DNA of 64,000 bases. It comes from Bacteroidia bacterium. Its GTDB lineage: Bacteria; Bacteroidota; Bacteroidia; J057. The notes under the pieces were generated by a model that made no database searches, had not been told where the DNA came from, and saw nothing but the letters and a program-made list of their open reading frames with translations. Made by a program: the position numbers and the translations under genes. Positions 60,167-64,000 of the stretch are shown here, in pieces. The stretch is taken from positions 477 to 64,476 of the forward strand of contig CBDHFQ010000013.1 of NCBI GenBank assembly GCA_965262565.1, in the 5' to 3' direction. The first letter of the stretch is position 1. Every line of letters starts with the position of its first letter.

Positions 60167-60766
60167 ATGGGAAAAGCTATCAGGATCGATAATCATCCTT
60201 ACGACATTTTAGATAGAATGAAAGAGAGATATGGGAAAACATATGGTGCATTAGTTGGAGCCATGATCTTATATTTTGAGAGGATGGGTACCGATCCAGA
60301 AGAAGTGTTGAAGGAGGATGAACAAATTTTGTTACAAATTAAGCAACAGAACGAGCGTATACTTGAGCGTCTGAATCTGTTAAATCCTCATCAACTAGAG
60401 AAGTTATTCGGAGGGCTGCTCGAAGATAGATTAAAGGGGACACAAATAGAATATGTTGAAAAAAAAGCTGAAAAATCACTAAATCTTACATCCTTATATC
60501 AACCAGGATTAATCTGTCCAAGATGTAATGCTAATTGGGATTCTTTTACAGCTAAAAAAGCCAGATTGGTTTGTAGTGTGTGTGAGTTTGCCATCCCAAT
60601 GTTTCTGGGGGAAACAATGTTAGAGATTTTTGATGTTTTTTGCCTACTCACTGGGTCTATTACGAGACCAATATCTTATACAGAAAAAGGAACTACTAAA
60701 ACTGTAAGGCTATTTTGGGATCATCAGAAGGGGCTTATCCATCTTCCTCCAACTATTCCCTTTTAA
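60167..60766 (+). CDS. Hypothetical protein: N-terminal BfmA/BtgA-like (mobilisation accessory) segment plus a CxxC...CxxC zinc ribbon
   Basis: 199 aa. AIRIDNHPYDILDRMKERYGKTYGALVGAMILYFERMGTDPEE resembles the N-terminus of small Bacteroidetes mobilisation proteins. CPRCNANW...CSVCEF is a zinc-ribbon pattern. Confidence 0.4.
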   Translation: MGKAIRIDNHPYDILDRMKERYGKTYGALVGAMILYFERMGTDPEEVLKEDEQILLQIKQQNERILERLNLLNPHQLEKLFGGLLEDRLKGTQIEYVEKKAEKSLNLTSLYQPGLICPRCNANWDSFTAKKARLVCSVCEFAIPMFLGETMLEIFDVFCLLTGSITRPISYTEKGTTKTVRLFWDHQKGLIHLPPTIPF

Positions 60767-61183
60767 TTAAGTGCATTTTTGACATAATAAGGAGATTATC
60801 TAAATCCTAAAAGTAATCTTCAGCTTTAGTATATGTAATTAAATTATTGGCATTAATTAATTGATTATCATTAACTAATACATTTTTGTTGATCGTTCAG
60901 TAACTAGGCCTATAATTCGGATTAACAAGAAAATAGGAATAATAATTTATCGTCTTTACCCAATTAGATGCTATCTGATCCTTGAACCTTTCCTAACCTT
61001 TATTTAGGTTAAAACAACAGATTAATGTAGCTAAAATCCATTTTCGTATCTTTATGATGTCATCTTGTTTGGATAATATTATCTTTTCGCCTCTAATAAT
61101 ATATTTGATATAAAATATTTTTGAGATTAATGAGTTAATAAATCAAGCTCAGTACATTCGGTTTTTGTACAAATTCTTTACTT

Positions 61184-62311
61184 ATGAATAATTATCCCCA
61201 TTCTATAGGTAAATGGTGGATACCCCATTGGCCTAAAATACTTATTAGCCTGGTAGTATTAAACGGTATCATTTTTCTTTCCGCTTATAAGATTTTTATA
61301 TCTGAAGCAGATCCATGGTATGCAGGACTAATCATATTTACTGAGTTAATTGCAGGAATATTAACTATTCCGCAGGTAGTCTTAAGGGGGATATCACCCC
61401 ATGTTGCTAACCGAATGCTTCTTGGATCCTTCCTTGTAAGGGTTTTATTGGCTGGAATTGGAATGCAAATATTTTTTGAAGCCTCACAGGCTGTCTGGTC
61501 TGAAAATTCCATATGGCCCGTATTAACTATCGATAGAATAAAATATAGTCAACTAATAGCATATCAGGCAGCCAATTTCCTTATGTGGGTAGCAGAATAT
61601 ATGTTTGGGTATTTAATTGCAAGTAAGGACATAGATTTAGGTAAAGAATTGATATCTGCCAAAGAAGAAATTAAAGTTCAGAAATTAAGTCTGAACAATC
61701 AATCCAATCAAATAAGTGAACTTAGGCAAAAAAATGTACAGTCTTCGAAGAATGTACAGGAGCTATTGTCTAGAATAAAAAAGATAGAACATAGCTTGAG
61801 GCAAAAGATAACTCAATTAGAACTTGATTATGATATTAAAGCAAAGGAGATAGTTGGGGAAAGTGCCTCTTTACCTACAAAGCTCATTGGGCTAACGGAG
61901 ATAATTCTTTCAGACCATAAATTGAGTTCGGAGAAATTGAATAGAGTTAAAAAAGAAAATGAGCGATTGAGTGAAGATTTAGAAAAAGCTTTGCTTAACG
62001 TAGGAGAACTGGAAAAAGAAATAAATGATAGGGAAAAAAGATTGCATCAGCTTTTAAATGGTGATGGAGAAATGAGAGATTCTGTGGAGAAATTTGAAAT
62101 GTTGATGGAGAAAATTCAGGTTTCTTCAAAAGATGCCGCTCGAAAAGGTATGGCTTATTGGGAAAAAAAATTACAAGACCTGAATCTCTCCGAAAATGGC
62201 CGATTTCAGGCCACTGCGAAATATCTGGCTTATGAATATGCATTTAAAAGATATTTACAAAAAGAGAAAGAAATTGTAAAAAGTCCCCAACCACAAAACA
62301 TGATGTCATAA
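61184..62311 (+). CDS. Hypothetical membrane protein (N-terminal ~5 TM helices, C-terminal long coiled coil)
   Basis: 375-aa ORF whose stop overlaps the TraN-like start (TAATG). I recognised no family motif. Confidence 0.5.
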   Translation: MNNYPHSIGKWWIPHWPKILISLVVLNGIIFLSAYKIFISEADPWYAGLIIFTELIAGILTIPQVVLRGISPHVANRMLLGSFLVRVLLAGIGMQIFFEASQAVWSENSIWPVLTIDRIKYSQLIAYQAANFLMWVAEYMFGYLIASKDIDLGKELISAKEEIKVQKLSLNNQSNQISELRQKNVQSSKNVQELLSRIKKIEHSLRQKITQLELDYDIKAKEIVGESASLPTKLIGLTEIILSDHKLSSEKLNRVKKENERLSEDLEKALLNVGELEKEINDREKRLHQLLNGDGEMRDSVEKFEMLMEKIQVSSKDAARKGMAYWEKKLQDLNLSENGRFQATAKYLAYEYAFKRYLQKEKEIVKSPQPQNMMS

Positions 62312-63219
62312 TGAAATATATTGTTTTACTTCTTTTTTGTGTTCTGTTTTCTTCAGTTTGTATTTCACAACACACAGATACATTATATGTTAATAACAAT
62401 TCCAATACACCTCTGTATGTTGCAGTACCAGGCGTTATTAGTTCAATAACAGTAGGCAATAGAGACAGCTATATATACCAAATATCACCTAGAGATTCTA
62501 ATGTCGCACTATTTCTTGCTACACAGGAAGCCCCTGCTACATCCATCTTAATAAAATATCGAACAGACTTGGAAGATGAAGAATTTTTTTCAGGCTTGAT
62601 AGCCTACAAAGAATTGCCATCTACCTATTTTAAGGATCTAAGAATACTAAGTCGCTCCCTTTCTTCTACTCTACTTCCCGCTAATGCTGAGGTATCAACT
62701 GATAGTCTTGATAGTTCAGAAGAAATACTCGAAGAAAAATCTATTGATACTACATTATCTAGCCAATCTCCGCAAGCTTTACTGAGCAGTTTTAAAGATC
62801 AATTGGATAATGAAAAAAGAATGTTTTACTCTGTCGGGTTAAAAAAGAAACCATTTATCGTGCAATTGGAGAATCTGACTAAAGATGAAGAAAATACTTT
62901 TGGTTGCGCTAAAATTAAGATACGAAATCTTAACTCTATTTCTTATGGTGTGGAAAATATTGATATTCTACATATTGGTAATCAGGTAGATAAATATTAT
63001 CAAAGGAAAAGGGCAGTAGAAATTTTATCCATGGATGTTCCTTCTGAAATAGGACCTAAATCAAAGCCAGATGGTACAGCAGACCTGTTTCTGGTTTTCG
63101 GGCTGGACTTTTTAGAAAACACTGATCAGGAATCAGAATTGATCATTAAAGTTCGTTTGGGTCGTAAAACATATTCACTCAATATAGGCGGTAAAGACCT
63201 ACTTAAGATTTTTGGATAA
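62311..63219 (+). CDS. traN: Conjugative transposon TraN-like protein (DUF4138, VirB9 analogue)
   Basis: 302 aa with a signal peptide. LYVNNNSNTPLYVAVPGVISSITVGNRDSYIYQ...NVALFLATQEAPATSILIKY...FFSGLIAYKELP follows the TraN N-terminal pattern (LYV..T..l.FP..I..VdlGs.d....N.L..KA....TNl.V...F.F.l.Y...P). Confidence 0.6.
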   Translation: MKYIVLLLFCVLFSSVCISQHTDTLYVNNNSNTPLYVAVPGVISSITVGNRDSYIYQISPRDSNVALFLATQEAPATSILIKYRTDLEDEEFFSGLIAYKELPSTYFKDLRILSRSLSSTLLPANAEVSTDSLDSSEEILEEKSIDTTLSSQSPQALLSSFKDQLDNEKRMFYSVGLKKKPFIVQLENLTKDEENTFGCAKIKIRNLNSISYGVENIDILHIGNQVDKYYQRKRAVEILSMDVPSEIGPKSKPDGTADLFLVFGLDFLENTDQESELIIKVRLGRKTYSLNIGGKDLLKIFG

Positions 63220-63221
63220 TT

Positions 63222-63832
63222 TTGATATTTATGCGAATAGGAATGTTACTTTTTACACTATTTAGTTTGCTCCATACTTCTTATACTCAAATCCGGCATA
63301 CTGAAGGAGTAACTGATTTGGAGATATCTTTAGGAGGAATTCATACCCAGCTTAAAGGTCAATCTTTTAGAATCACATATGCTATTCACCAACCATTTGA
63401 AATGGAGAGATTCCAATTAGTGGTGGGCATTTGCGGAGAGAGAATAAATTTCTTGAATGGCGAAGGCAGATTCATATATAATGATATCGATAGTCTAAAT
63501 GTTGGGAAAGTATTAATACCTGAGGGAATAACAGAAAATCGATCTAAGACTTATGAGGCCCTTTATGTAAGAGTGGGAATTAACTATCTCATGAAGGAAT
63601 TTTACGATAGGCTATACTTACATACCTATATCGGCGTAAGAGGAGGATATGAACGAACGGATGAAATAAATCAAATTATTCAACAACTGGAGGAAGTGTC
63701 GGATTAAACTTAGATTTTTACATTGCTCCCTTGATCTCAATTACTACTTCATGTTACGTAGATTATATGCTTAGATCAACTATAACTTCTAGATTTCAAT
63801 CCCAGGTAGGGATGAAGTTTGCGTTTAATTGA
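63222..63832 (+). pseudogene. traO: TraO-like outer-membrane protein gene, split by a frameshift near 63662-63690
   Basis: The track ORF 63222-63707 ends ...YIGVRGGYERTDEINQIIQQLEEVSD*. The frame two bases ahead is open from 63665 and reads ..TTGGSVGLNLDFYIAPLISITTSCYVDYMLRSTITSRFQSQVGMKFAFN* (stop 63830-63832). This looks like the missing beta-barrel C-terminus of TraO-family proteins. Confidence 0.55.
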
Positions 63833-64000
63833 TCTTTGAAAAGCTGAAACCAGCGCAAAAATCCTAGTAGAAAAATGAGCGTGCAACCCTTATTAAATGG
63901 ATGGTTATTGTTATTCCTATATTTGGTACTGGATTAAATATCTCTTGGAATTCTTAGAATTAAACTTGATGGACCTTCAAATTTATGCTGAAACAATAAA

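Larger units (their letters stand above)
53015..64000. mobile_element. Core of a Bacteroidetes-type conjugative element (T4SS genes); it continues past the right window edge, and its left limit may lie as far left as ~44.7 kb
   Basis: Clustered TraE/F/G/J/K/M/N/O-like genes (see individual calls). No integrase, relaxase, coupling protein or att repeats are visible in the window. Confidence 0.6.

Noticed and set aside
1-64000. tRNA, rRNA, tmRNA, RNase P RNA and riboswitches
   Set aside because: I scanned the larger intergenic gaps by eye for T-loop (GGTTCGAAT-like) motifs, the RNase P GAGGAAAGTCC motif and the tmRNA 5'/3' ends. I saw none. This is a visual negative, not a covariance-model search.

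Overview
AT-rich chromosomal segment that looks Bacteroidota-like. The evidence is several proteins with T9SS C-terminal sorting domains, a LytTR two-component pair, an ECF sigma factor and CTnDOT-style tra genes. Positions ~2.0-44.7 kb are mostly ordinary housekeeping and envelope genes: htrA, secA, rsmI, metG, rpmH-rnpA, ung, dinB, two paralogous S41 peptidases, glycogen debranching enzyme and a glutamate-type symporter. Three regions stand out. (1) The left edge (1-1.9 kb) holds a frameshifted TIR-domain gene relic followed by seven near-identical 94-bp tandem repeats, each with two hairpins; degenerate copies recur at ~5.5 kb. (2) At 44.7-46.4 kb there is a toxin/antitoxin pair plus two orphan ORFs. 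(3) At 46.4-64 kb a Bacteroidetes-type type IV secretion (conjugative element) gene set is split over both strands. On the minus strand, TraE/F/G/J/K/M-like genes run without a visible terminator into two very large secreted glycoside-hydrolase genes. On the plus strand, TraN- and TraO-like genes (TraO frameshifted) sit behind two uncharacterised genes. I saw no relaxase, coupling protein or integrase, and no rRNA, tRNA or CRISPR array. All family assignments come from reading motifs in the supplied translations. None has been checked by a database search.
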